From positions 40,341 through 104,340 of IMG/VR virus record IMGVR_UViG_3300025154_000056: a stretch of DNA of 64,000 nucleotides. The stretch is one strand, 5' to 3'. Positions 19,080 through 28,594 of this stretch are shown piece after piece. A program made the position numbers and the translations under genes. This DNA is from a virus (lineage: Duplodnaviria > Caudoviricetes). The stretch's first letter is position 1, and every line of letters starts with the position of its first letter. Under the pieces are notes generated by a model. That model was not told the origin of the DNA and did no database searches. It saw nothing but the letters and a program-made list of their open reading frames with translations.

Positions 19080-21241
19080 TGGCTGCTGGCGATTCCAATT
19101 CACCTGTCTTCGACTTCACTACTGCAGACTACCCATCCTGCTACGCAGACCTGGAGAGGTTTGCTATATCCAGGTTCCCTACTGAGCTGTGGACTGACTT
19201 CAACGCATCGAACACTGGGACGTACCACCTAGAATTGATGTCGTATGTATTCGACCTCGGTACTTATCAACGAAACGCTAGCGTATTGGAATCTGTACCC
19301 ATCCTCATTCGGAGGGAGCAGAACTTCCGTAATGCGACCAAGACGTTCGACTTCAAGATGTCTAGTGCTGCACCTGCAGTTACTAAATTGATGTTCTACA
19401 ATCTGCCCGCAGGCCATGTGTTCACCTCTCACACCCACATCCAAGTTGCAGATAGCAACGGGTACGTATTCCAACCTACTGAAGAGAAGTACGTGGACAC
19501 GGACCTACTTGTTGTCGACCCGACGTACGGTAGGTACTATGAGGTGACAGCTGAGCAAGGAGCTGAGTACTTCCAATCTGCTACAGGTAACGGCTCCGCT
19601 AAGCAGGAGATCCAGCTGACTCAGTTGTGGGTAATAGACGGGAGCATTTTGGTTACCGTAAACGGAACCACCTACACTGAGGTCACCAACATCATCGAAG
19701 CAGGGCCCACCCAGCCTGTGTACATCTGGGAATCAGACGACCAAGGAAATACCACCATCATCTTTGGGGATGGGACTAACGGTAGCGTTCCTAATATCGG
19801 TGCTGATATTCAGATACGGTACAAAGTCGGTGGAGGTATCGAGACCAACGTACCCACTGGCGCGATAACCAGTATCTATGGTTCCAGCTACCCTACGGTT
19901 TACCCGCTTCCTACCGCATTGCAGGATGCCTCTGTTCGTAATTCTGAGGCTGCGGTTGACGGTGGCCCAAGGCAAACATTGGCGCAAGCTAAGGCCATAC
20001 TACCTGGCAGCATTAGAGCTAATCACAGGTGCGTCAATTTGTTGGACTACCCTCCGGTAGCGAAGGAGCTGGTACCTAATATACTGCATTGTATTGCACT
20101 TGACGGTAAGGCAATCGGCGGTACCGTCCCGGTACTGTTGTTCGTTGTCCCGCAAGGTGGTGGCGCCGTTACGTCTGCGCTGCGCAACGTGATTGTGAAC
20201 GCGCTATCCCCGTACAAGATGAGTAGTAAGCGCGTGTACGTTCGAGATGGGTACTATGTCTATCTAGACATCGTTGTGGACGCGTACTGCAAGGACTCTG
20301 CTCTGGCTGCTGAGGTCAAGAGCCGCGTGTCCTCGGTACTGGCTAGCGCATATAGTCTATCTTCTATGGCGTTTGGCAGTCTACTGGATCTGCAGGCTGC
20401 ATACGACAGACTGTCCCCCAGCTTGGTGGCTGGTCTGCGACGTGTGTACTTTGAGAAGTTTTCAATTGTACCAACAGCTGGTACCCACATCAACACAACA
20501 AATACTGGTGATGGTACGATCGGTAATATCGTGATCGATGAAGAGGAAGTTCTTCGGCGCGAGTGGCTGGTTCGAATAGGGCCCACGCCCACGCAATACA
20601 CAGTACTTGAAAGACAGATTGGTAATATCTCTTATCTCACTGATTCAACGGTCACCGACGAGGCGGCAAGCTATGACTCAAATGAACTGGCCGGGTGGGC
20701 GTTTCATCCCGTTCCTGAAATCCAACCTGATACTCGCATTATCACCGACAATACAGCGACGTCTTTTACGACTGTTGGTGGGAACTTCGTTCTGGCTACT
20801 CCAGGCGACCCGTACGTTGTCGAACGTACCGCTGGTACGGGGAAAGCCATACTCTCTACTTCGACAGCTGTCGCAGTGGTTGGTGCAAGTACGATCACAG
20901 TTGATTCTACAGTTGGTTGGGTTGCTGGGGATCGAGTCATACTGACGTCCGGTTCATACACGCTGACCACCACTGTGCAGTCTATTGGGGCCGGTACTGT
21001 CGTTCTCAATGCTGTAGTTACGGAGCTGTGCCCTGTTGGAACCACCCTTCACTACATGTGGCAGGACTCAAATGCAACTGTGTCTTTTGCTGTGGCTCCT
21101 GGACCTACGGCGTTTGCCACCAACGATGAGTTGTACGTAGACACGTTCAGGAAATCGGCAGACATCCAAGTCAGAGGAGAGCAATTCATCCGGTACAGTG
21201 TCAGCAACATCGTGGTCAACACAATCGGTGGGGTGAAGTAA
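19079..21241 (+). CDS. baseplate J/gp6-like wedge protein
   Basis: WTDFNASNTG..LELMSY, IIFGDGTNGSVP, YKVGGG..TNV, RCVNLLDY. Confidence 0.9.
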   Translation: MAAGDSNSPVFDFTTADYPSCYADLERFAISRFPTELWTDFNASNTGTYHLELMSYVFDLGTYQRNASVLESVPILIRREQNFRNATKTFDFKMSSAAPAVTKLMFYNLPAGHVFTSHTHIQVADSNGYVFQPTEEKYVDTDLLVVDPTYGRYYEVTAEQGAEYFQSATGNGSAKQEIQLTQLWVIDGSILVTVNGTTYTEVTNIIEAGPTQPVYIWESDDQGNTTIIFGDGTNGSVPNIGADIQIRYKVGGGIETNVPTGAITSIYGSSYPTVYPLPTALQDASVRNSEAAVDGGPRQTLAQAKAILPGSIRANHRCVNLLDYPPVAKELVPNILHCIALDGKAIGGTVPVLLFVVPQGGGAVTSALRNVIVNALSPYKMSSKRVYVRDGYYVYLDIVVDAYCKDSALAAEVKSRVSSVLASAYSLSSMAFGSLLDLQAAYDRLSPSLVAGLRRVYFEKFSIVPTAGTHINTTNTGDGTIGNIVIDEEEVLRREWLVRIGPTPTQYTVLERQIGNISYLTDSTVTDEAASYDSNELAGWAFHPVPEIQPDTRIITDNTATSFTTVGGNFVLATPGDPYVVERTAGTGKAILSTSTAVAVVGASTITVDSTVGWVAGDRVILTSGSYTLTTTVQSIGAGTVVLNAVVTELCPVGTTLHYMWQDSNATVSFAVAPGPTAFATNDELYVDTFRKSADIQVRGEQFIRYSVSNIVVNTIGGVK

Positions 21242-23727
21242 TGGCTGGCGGCTATGGTGGCGGTGGGTGGGGAGTGCTCCCTTGGGGCGCTCCTATAGTC
21301 CTCACGTTCAATTTGACTGGTGCTTCTGCGGGTACTGTGACCCAAGTAGACTTGACGTTCGATGCTATGGTCATGCCAGACCTCACTGCGCTGAGCCCTG
21401 GTTCTTACGCCATAAATAAGAGCATCGTAGTTCTAGGTGTAGTGTTCGTTGGGCCTAATGTAGTGAGGCTGTACACGTCTCCTATGACGAGTGGTGTGGA
21501 GTACACAGCCACGGTATCTATGACTGTCCAGAGCCTGTTGGGTGGTGCTCTGATCATCAATGAGTCCAACTTTATTGCACCAGCCACCACGGCTGCGTAC
21601 ACGGTCAGTGACCTGGCGGGCTCATCTCTGTGTCAGGGCAATTCAACCAGACTCAATTGGACAAACCCATCTGGCGCAACATGGAACAAGATCGTCCGCA
21701 GGGTCAGGGCATGGCCCTTTGATTTGACGGACGACCACGTTGTTGTTTACAGCGGCTTGCCCATAGAGGAGTTTATTGATACAGGTGTAATGCATCCAGT
21801 GACTCATCTAGCTGCTGACGCCACAGTTGGGGCCACAGCGATCACCGTTGTGGACGATTCGGACATCGCTCCAGGTATGCTACTGAAGCTGGAACAGTTC
21901 ACAGAGCTGAGGCAGACCGAGATAGTGACTGTGGGCTCGCTAGGTGGTGGGGGCGTGGTAAACCTCACGACTGCTCTTCAGCACAGCTGGGTCACCGGAG
22001 ATAGGGCTGCACAGAAGTCCCTGCTCACCGACACTACGTACTACTATTACCTAGTATTGGTTTCGGACTTGCCCCCACCAGTCTCTGATGACACGTACTA
22101 CATCACGGAGGATACCCGGACGTACGCTTTGAGTATTGCCACGTTTGATTCGTTGCAGTGGCTCAGGGATCACGCCCCAGGTAACTACCTAGACGATGAC
22201 GCGCTGCCAACCGAAGAGGGTGGTGGGGATGGCTTCCTAGGAGATTGGCTGGAGATCTACGCGTGTTGGTTGAACCTCATTCGTGGAGAGAATCTCGCCC
22301 TGCTCACTATGGCGGACGACAATAACGCGCCCTATCATATGCTTGAACCCAAGTCGTTGTCCTTAGGTCACGTTCCTGAGGGCGATAGCTATGACTTCGA
22401 CATTATGAGGCGCTCTATTCTAGCGCTGACTTATGTGTATCAGCGTCGAGGCACATGCCCAGGTTCCATTGTAGCTTTGCGCATGCTTACGAAGTGGGAC
22501 TCGTCTTGCCTCAGTCTTGGGTACAGCGAATGCCACACAGGGCCCTCTACCCTGCAGACTTGGGACGATATATCTGAAGTGGAATACGGCACAGGCCCGC
22601 AGTCGGGCCCTAACATCGCACAGAGTACTCCAGATAACACGTTTCAAGACACGACCAAGACATGGGATGATTCGCTGTGGTTGAACGGCGAGCTGTACTC
22701 AAACCTAGGCTTTATTTCCTGCGTCGATGATAACGTAAACAACGTTGTTCAATTGAGGGATAGACCGCAGGAAGCTACCACCACTACTGTGCTGGCTATT
22801 GGTAACAATGTGGTGCAGGTGAGCGACCTATCCATATTCCAGGTTGGTATGTTCATTCAGCTGACTCTAGCGGATGGTTCGGCTGCAGAGGTGCATCAAA
22901 TCAATTCTATTGTCCTACCGGACCAGCTACTGTTCGAAGAGAATGCAACGGTCGGTATGCCCATAGGATCTGTGGTGTCTGTGGCAATCAGTAACCACGA
23001 ATATGAGCGACTCCTTCCTGGTGTCGGGGCGGGCAACGTTATTTCCAACGTAGCTTGGGACTTCGTACCTAATCAATGGGTTGGGTTCCAGGTCATGGAC
23101 ATGAACGACGTCGAGCACTCTGTCGTGTCGAATGACGAGACCTCTATTACAGTGGACGGCGCAGCTCTACCGATCGGTGCTACTACGGTGTCTATGGCGT
23201 ACGACTTCAATGGAGCCACTTGGGTAGCTCGTGATCCCATCATCCGGTACAGACTTAGCACTGGGGGCTCGTCTACTCTGTTTGATCCCATGATGGATTA
23301 CACCCTACGAGGAACTAAATACGATCCGTTCGATTATCTGTACGTGGGCCCAGGTATCAATCTGCTAGGTTCTTGGGGCCCTGCAGATGTTGGGTTCTAC
23401 GTCGAAGGTGACATCCCTGAGCACATTGGCAGGGCGCAAAGCGCAGTAGGTAATGTATTCACACTAGACCCCAGCAGGCCCGCACCAGCTGTAAATGAAT
23501 ACGTTGGGATGTTCCTGAACCCGAACCAAAACCAAGACAACCTATTCGAGGTAGTGGCGAATGATGCTACAACCGTAACAGTTGCTGGTGATTGCAGCCC
23601 ACTGGTAGTAGCTGGGCAGTACTACTTCATTCTCAAGGTGCGGGACGCGCGTAGGTACCAGCGGCTAGCTGCACGTATGCCCGAGTTCATGGATGGGGAC
23701 GCAGTCCCCCATATCTTGTTCGTCTAG
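21241..23727 (+). CDS. baseplate wedge protein (gp7/tail protein I-like) with accessory beta domains
   Basis: Follows baseplate J; YVYQRRGT motif; repeated surface modules. Confidence 0.7.
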   Translation: MAGGYGGGGWGVLPWGAPIVLTFNLTGASAGTVTQVDLTFDAMVMPDLTALSPGSYAINKSIVVLGVVFVGPNVVRLYTSPMTSGVEYTATVSMTVQSLLGGALIINESNFIAPATTAAYTVSDLAGSSLCQGNSTRLNWTNPSGATWNKIVRRVRAWPFDLTDDHVVVYSGLPIEEFIDTGVMHPVTHLAADATVGATAITVVDDSDIAPGMLLKLEQFTELRQTEIVTVGSLGGGGVVNLTTALQHSWVTGDRAAQKSLLTDTTYYYYLVLVSDLPPPVSDDTYYITEDTRTYALSIATFDSLQWLRDHAPGNYLDDDALPTEEGGGDGFLGDWLEIYACWLNLIRGENLALLTMADDNNAPYHMLEPKSLSLGHVPEGDSYDFDIMRRSILALTYVYQRRGTCPGSIVALRMLTKWDSSCLSLGYSECHTGPSTLQTWDDISEVEYGTGPQSGPNIAQSTPDNTFQDTTKTWDDSLWLNGELYSNLGFISCVDDNVNNVVQLRDRPQEATTTTVLAIGNNVVQVSDLSIFQVGMFIQLTLADGSAAEVHQINSIVLPDQLLFEENATVGMPIGSVVSVAISNHEYERLLPGVGAGNVISNVAWDFVPNQWVGFQVMDMNDVEHSVVSNDETSITVDGAALPIGATTVSMAYDFNGATWVARDPIIRYRLSTGGSSTLFDPMMDYTLRGTKYDPFDYLYVGPGINLLGSWGPADVGFYVEGDIPEHIGRAQSAVGNVFTLDPSRPAPAVNEYVGMFLNPNQNQDNLFEVVANDATTVTVAGDCSPLVVAGQYYFILKVRDARRYQRLAARMPEFMDGDAVPHILFV

Positions 23728-23738
23728 GAGAGAGTCAA

Positions 23739-26700
23739 ATGTGCGCGGACATTATCAAGGATAGTTTTTCGGAAGCCCAACAGCACACCGATGTGATCTT
23801 TCAGAAGGGGCGCTTCGTCATTGACTTCGAGCTGAATGAGCCGCAAATCATTCAAAAGGTGGCAACACAGCGCTCCTTGTGGGGTTTGATCCACCATGCT
23901 GAGAGGCTGAGCGGGGTCGATGACTACCAGGTTCTGGCAGCTGAGGACGGCTGGCTGGTTGTCGGTACTGCTGCGGATGATCAGGTCAGTATCACAGGCG
24001 GCACCGCTACAAAACCAAAGTTCCTATTCCTAGATGGCATGCCCATTCCCATTTTTGCGTCTACTACTCTTGCCTGTCCTGCTGCTCCCGGTGCTGGTAG
24101 TAGGGAAGATATTGTGTACGCGGAGATCTACGAGCAGGAGATCACTGACCCCAACCTAGTGATGAAGCTCGGAGAGACAACGAAGCGACATCGATTGGTG
24201 GTGCAGCTTGCTGTGTCTATCATCGGCTCCATCCCTGCGAATGGGGATGGTATGATTTGGACTGGGGCGCACCGTTACTACGAGATTGCTCGTATCACTA
24301 GGTACGCTGGGCAAGCTGCTATCAACCCCAATGACGTGGTGGACTCCAGACGCAAGGCCCCCGGTACGTTGCTGGCGCAGCTGACCAAGCAAAGCAACCA
24401 CGTGACATTTGGTAATTACCTGGTGACCAATAAAATCGCCACACCTGATGGCACGTACAAGGCTGAGTCGGCTACGATGACGATTCACCTTGATGAGGCT
24501 GGTACATACACAGGAGTCATCGATAGATCTCTGGTGCTACAGTCTGGGGTCCTTCCGTACAAGCGGATCCTCAAGGCGACAGAGACGGCTGTCCCCAACC
24601 CGGACGATGCTCCTAGCTTCGTCGAGGCAGGGCAAGGGGCTGCATTCTCTGGTGACTCGATCTCGAACGAGCCACTGCGTCTCACAGACAAAAATTACCG
24701 TGGGGGTCAGGTCGCTGGTGCGAAGCGCTACGTGGAGCTGTCGTCGAGTGTTGGCGCAAACGGAGACCAAACCACCAGACTCAACGATATACCGATCACT
24801 GCTGGATTTGAACAGCCGCTATTGAGGCTGCTCAATTCTCAGGAGAAGATTGTACTAGGCGACGGGATGTTTACATTCGGCCATTTCAATGGGGCCACTG
24901 CTCTGCAAGACGCTCTAGACTGGTTGGTGGCTGAGGGTACGTTTCGCACCAGCTGGCATATCTATTTGAAGGCTGGGATTTACACCCTAGCCAGCGCTGT
25001 GACTGTACCGGTAGGCGTGTCTCTGATTCTGGAGGGGCCCGCGTCTCCTACGGGGCTCACTAGTGCTATTGTCACCTGTGAGGATTCTATTACGCTGTCT
25101 GACGGTTGTGGATTCACAGCAGTGTACGTGAGCTTCTACAACGACCCGGCGAATTCTACGCACTGCGTGGTAGGGTCTAGTAACAATAGAGTAAATCTAA
25201 CTGGGTGCAAGTTTGACAATGCTCCAGTGAAGCTGACTATCCCTAGTCTGTTCACTGCAGAGAATTGCTGGCTTCAAGGTCAAGGTGCGGGTAATCCTGA
25301 CTACCTAGTGCACTTTGATCTAGACCCAGATGGTAGTGACGCGGATGTGCTTGAAGCGTACAAATTCAATAACTGCTTCTTCTACGGAACAGCTGTGGGT
25401 GTTGCTGCTGTAGGTGCAGTAGTTCCAGCAGGAGTAGGGGCGGGGCTTACCGTTACTCTCAAGGGTATTGAGTTTTACGGTTGTACGTACATTCAGGCCG
25501 CAGCCTCTGCTTCTGCTCTTGTCGGCGGCAACCGCGCACATTACGGATTCGCGCACGTGAGTCCTGGCACTAGTGGGTGCGCAGTTACGATTGGTAAGTA
25601 CAAGTTTGTTGATTGTGACGTGATTGTGGGCGCACCAGGGGCTGGCAATGGAACAGCTCTGTTTTTCTTCAGAGGGTTGTGGTCTGGGCCTTCGACGGTG
25701 TCTGTGGGTGAGATGCACATAGTCAGAAGCAAGTTCGTGGCTGACTATGGCGCATGGCCCGTGTCTCCTGTGTACCTAGGGAACGGTACCAAAGCAACTG
25801 ACGACTCGCTTACTGGGTACGTAAACGAGCTGTACATTTCTGATTCTGAGTTCTCGTATAGCTACGACACACCAGCGGGAGCAGTCGTGCACAGCACAGG
25901 CGGGGCCCCTGAGACATTCTATGCTTCTCCGTACGGTGCGGAAGAGTGGTTCTCTTGTGTGTTCTGTGCAGAGAACATACATATCAGAGACACTCTATTC
26001 AACAACTGGTTGTACAGAGGGGGAGTTGGTGTTGTTTGGGTGCGCAGCAACGGCTTGTATTGGTCTGGCAGCACCGTGAAGATGAACAGATTGTCTTGGA
26101 GAGATTCTGGTACGTATGACGGACCCCACAACCTAGTCAGGGTAGACGCGAAGTCTGACACTTCCGGGCTTACTCCTGAGAGGCGAAGGATAGTCATTGG
26201 TCTGTCGCTGGTAGGGTACGAGAGCTTCTCTCATTGGGTGGACAACCCCGCTGCGGACGCTGACGTAGCGTGTCAAATAGGCACACTAGGTTTGGTGCCT
26301 GGCGGTGATTTGGTGGTTGAGAACTGCTCGGTCAGTGGGTTTTCTGAGGTAGGTACATATCCATGCATTTGTAATAGGGTGGCAAAGACACCAGTATCAT
26401 CCACGGAAAACAATGGTCTGACGGTTCGTGGATGCAGAGTGAAGTATGGCAACGACAGCAGTATCGGCTTCTCTGCTGGGTCAGCAGCAGCCACCAGTAG
26501 CCTCAGCATGAATGGACTCTCAGTAGTGAACTGTGAGTTTAGCGATATGGGTATTGGTATCAGCATATCGTCCACGCTGTGGACTACTATGAATGACCTT
26601 GTTGTTACTGGAAACACGACCAGAAGCCCGACAGGAATTCAAATAAGCGCGGCGAACGCCAGCGTCTCTAAGGCGAACATCAGCCATAACTCGGTGTACG

Positions 26701-27035
26701 CTGACGACAATGGGATGCTCCTTGGTTTGTATTCTGGAGACACTGTGATAATCACAGACAACCACGTCGTGTGCGACGGTGCGTATGGGATCGAGTTCAC
26801 AAGTAATACCGAGCCGTCAGGTATATTCCGTGGCAACACAGTGACCAAATCTAATGGTGATATTTGGAAGGTGCACTTCAATTGGCTGATGCCAGGTAGT
26901 GTTTTTGCTAGGCTCCTTAGGGATACGTACGCAGGGGTGGAGGCCCCTGGGGCTGGGGGTTCAGTGGAGTACATATATACTGCGGGCTTGTTTATGGTCC
27001 ATAACTACGCTGTAATAAGCAATTTGGTGGCATAA
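23739..27035 (+). CDS. tail fibre/tailspike with right-handed beta-helix (possible depolymerase)
   Basis: N-terminal VIFQKGR..DFELNE and REDIVYAEIYEQE (DUF6519/DUF4815-like); IYLKAGIY; repeated I-S-x-N beta-helix rungs. Confidence 0.8.
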   Translation: MCADIIKDSFSEAQQHTDVIFQKGRFVIDFELNEPQIIQKVATQRSLWGLIHHAERLSGVDDYQVLAAEDGWLVVGTAADDQVSITGGTATKPKFLFLDGMPIPIFASTTLACPAAPGAGSREDIVYAEIYEQEITDPNLVMKLGETTKRHRLVVQLAVSIIGSIPANGDGMIWTGAHRYYEIARITRYAGQAAINPNDVVDSRRKAPGTLLAQLTKQSNHVTFGNYLVTNKIATPDGTYKAESATMTIHLDEAGTYTGVIDRSLVLQSGVLPYKRILKATETAVPNPDDAPSFVEAGQGAAFSGDSISNEPLRLTDKNYRGGQVAGAKRYVELSSSVGANGDQTTRLNDIPITAGFEQPLLRLLNSQEKIVLGDGMFTFGHFNGATALQDALDWLVAEGTFRTSWHIYLKAGIYTLASAVTVPVGVSLILEGPASPTGLTSAIVTCEDSITLSDGCGFTAVYVSFYNDPANSTHCVVGSSNNRVNLTGCKFDNAPVKLTIPSLFTAENCWLQGQGAGNPDYLVHFDLDPDGSDADVLEAYKFNNCFFYGTAVGVAAVGAVVPAGVGAGLTVTLKGIEFYGCTYIQAAASASALVGGNRAHYGFAHVSPGTSGCAVTIGKYKFVDCDVIVGAPGAGNGTALFFFRGLWSGPSTVSVGEMHIVRSKFVADYGAWPVSPVYLGNGTKATDDSLTGYVNELYISDSEFSYSYDTPAGAVVHSTGGAPETFYASPYGAEEWFSCVFCAENIHIRDTLFNNWLYRGGVGVVWVRSNGLYWSGSTVKMNRLSWRDSGTYDGPHNLVRVDAKSDTSGLTPERRRIVIGLSLVGYESFSHWVDNPAADADVACQIGTLGLVPGGDLVVENCSVSGFSEVGTYPCICNRVAKTPVSSTENNGLTVRGCRVKYGNDSSIGFSAGSAAATSSLSMNGLSVVNCEFSDMGIGISISSTLWTTMNDLVVTGNTTRSPTGIQISAANASVSKANISHNSVYADDNGMLLGLYSGDTVIITDNHVVCDGAYGIEFTSNTEPSGIFRGNTVTKSNGDIWKVHFNWLMPGSVFARLLRDTYAGVEAPGAGGSVEYIYTAGLFMVHNYAVISNLVA

Positions 27036-27637
27036 TGAGTATGGTCCTATTCGATGTTCGAGACCCCGTAGCTGCACCAGTCCATGATGCGTGGGTGACT
27101 GTGTACTCAGGGGATACCCCTGTGGCGCAGGCGAAGACGGGGGTTGGTGGTACAGTGTCCCTGCGCCTCGAAACTGGGGCGTATACGGTCCTGTACTCGA
27201 AGCCTGGCTGGTCCTTCAGCGAGGACGCCGTCACCGTTGTTGAGCCCTCCACAACGGCGCCAGTACAGACCGGGATGCAACTAGTACCAGACGTCGCTGG
27301 GTATGCCCCAGATAAGGTGCGTGTTTACGGGCGGGTTGATGCAGCAGACCACCCCTCTCTCATGGTCCTGGTCCATGTCGAGGTCTACGCTGCACCCAAT
27401 ACATTCTCCCAAACACCAGCAAGTGTTGGCATCATCCAACGGAAGATTACCATACCTGCTGATTTGAACACTGGGTATTTCGAGTTCGATGTTCCACGTG
27501 GGACGCGAGTGATTGTGAAGATACCTATAACCAATTACAAGAAGTCGTTTAGAGTACCTAGTTTGACTTCAGTAACCACCATTGCTATTGAGGACGTACG
27601 AAACGTTCCTGATGGAGAAGAATTCATATGGACCTAG
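27035..27637 (+). CDS. virion protein with carboxypeptidase-regulatory-like (Cna-B-type) beta-sandwich
   Basis: PVHDAWVTV...TGVGG...LETGAYTVLYSKPGW. Confidence 0.6.
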   Translation: MSMVLFDVRDPVAAPVHDAWVTVYSGDTPVAQAKTGVGGTVSLRLETGAYTVLYSKPGWSFSEDAVTVVEPSTTAPVQTGMQLVPDVAGYAPDKVRVYGRVDAADHPSLMVLVHVEVYAAPNTFSQTPASVGIIQRKITIPADLNTGYFEFDVPRGTRVIVKIPITNYKKSFRVPSLTSVTTIAIEDVRNVPDGEEFIWT

Positions 27638-27645
27638 GAGAAAAC

Positions 27646-27876
27646 ATGAGAACACGTATTGGTTGGCTTCTGTTCTGTGCGATGGCTTGCTTGCTTGGCT
27701 GCTCGGCGGCTCAGTACGCGTGCCCCGTAATTGACCTTGCTGACAAGACATGTGAGAATGTGATCATCAAGTACGATGACGTTGATGGAGGCGAGGGCGC
27801 CTCGAAGGTGGTGAAGAAGGAGGACCTCATCGAGGCTCTCCATAACATGGAGCAAGATTCGGGCACCTCGGAGTAG
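27646..27876 (+). CDS. small lipoprotein (possible o-spanin-like lysis accessory)
   Basis: Signal peptide and lipobox LLGC; SD AGGAG; near the holin candidate. Confidence 0.6.
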   Translation: MRTRIGWLLFCAMACLLGCSAAQYACPVIDLADKTCENVIIKYDDVDGGEGASKVVKKEDLIEALHNMEQDSGTSE

Positions 27877-27880
27877 CTCG

Positions 27881-28261
27881 ATGGCGGATGACCAACGCAC
27901 ATGCAGGTACTGCGGAAAGCTAGCCACACACAGTTCCGTAGTACCACTCAAATTCTGGGTGAGCAAAGAGCCCGGCAAGAGGGGTAAGTACACAAATATA
28001 GGTGTTCAATACTGCTGCACTAAATGCAACTTCTCTGGCAGTTGGATGCCCCTAAAGGAAAAGAAGCATGTCAGATTCAGAATCAAAGCTGGAAGAAGTA
28101 GTGGCGTCAACGGAGGGATCCACTTCCGTTATCCTCCTGCAAAAAGAACAGGTGCAAAACGTCGTAATTCGGCTGCTACAGAGCCGCAAGTTTATCGTTT
28201 TGCTCTTGTTGTGCCTCACAGGCGGGGTGCTCGTAGGCATGGGCAAGGTGTCGTGGCCTGA
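27881..28261 (+). CDS. hypothetical Zn-binding protein (CxxC...CxxC)
   Basis: SD GGAG; CRYC and CTKC; C-terminal part overlaps the holin ORF. Confidence 0.5.
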   Translation: MADDQRTCRYCGKLATHSSVVPLKFWVSKEPGKRGKYTNIGVQYCCTKCNFSGSWMPLKEKKHVRFRIKAGRSSGVNGGIHFRYPPAKRTGAKRRNSAATEPQVYRFALVVPHRRGARRHGQGVVA

Positions 28262-28346
28262 GTTCTTGGACGCGCTCAAGTGGATTGGTGGCACGTTCAT
28301 CGCCTCGGTTGCGCTTGAAGATACAGCCCGTTTGCGTTCTGTTTGA
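28068..28346 (+). CDS. putative holin
   Basis: SRKF followed by two hydrophobic helices, ending ALED; last gene of the structural operon. Confidence 0.65.
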   Translation: MSDSESKLEEVVASTEGSTSVILLQKEQVQNVVIRLLQSRKFIVLLLLCLTGGVLVGMGKVSWPEFLDALKWIGGTFIASVALEDTARLRSV

Positions 28347-28372
28347 CAACTTCCTACGACCTGGCGTACACT
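28343..28372 (+). promoter_or_regulatory. sigma70-type promoter (TTGACA-18-TACACT)
   Basis: Perfect -35 hexamer and near-consensus -10 pointing into a noncoding region. Confidence 0.55.
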
Positions 28373-28377
28373 CTACT

Positions 28378-28515
28378 TCGTTGTTAGTTGGGTCGCGGAG
28401 AAGTCGGCATCTTCGCCTCCACCTAACCCTCTCCTCCCTTCTCTGTTGTTGGTCGTGTGTGGTTGGTCATCCCGTTAGAAAACCCCTAGGGCACGCTGTG
28501 GCTCTAGGGGTTTTC
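28378..28515 (+). ncRNA. candidate small regulatory RNA (~135 nt)
   Basis: Bounded by promoter and terminator; 5' stem GUUGGGU/ACCUAAC and GCGGAG/CUUCGC; CU/GU-rich unpaired core complementary to the early-gene RBS. Confidence 0.5.
28478..28515. terminator. bidirectional intrinsic terminator
   Basis: GAAAACCCCTAG...CTAGGGGTTTTC 12-bp perfect inverted repeat with A and T tracts. Confidence 0.8.
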
Positions 28516-28531
28516 GCTATTTGAGCCTCGC

Positions 28532-28581
28532 TTGACACCCAACTCGGACGGACTTACTCTAGACCGACCGGTCCGAGTTGG
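28532..28581 (+). promoter_or_regulatory. sigma70-type promoter of the replication operon with overlapping inverted-repeat operator
   Basis: TTGACA-17-TACTCT; CCAACTCGGAC (28539-28549) and GTCCGAGTTGG (28571-28581) flank the -10 element. Confidence 0.65.
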
Positions 28582-28594
28582 AGGCGGACGACCA

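Noticed and set aside
7085-27035. Stand-alone eCIS or tailocin locus
   Set aside because: Contiguous with capsid, neck and complete DNA replication genes, so this is a phage
28378-28470. tRNA gene
   Set aside because: No cloverleaf, T-loop GTTC or CCA end; no tRNA was recognised anywhere in the window
28532-28594. TTG start for the helicase given by the ORF track
   Set aside because: That TTG is the -35 hexamer; ATG 28595 follows a GGAGG SD
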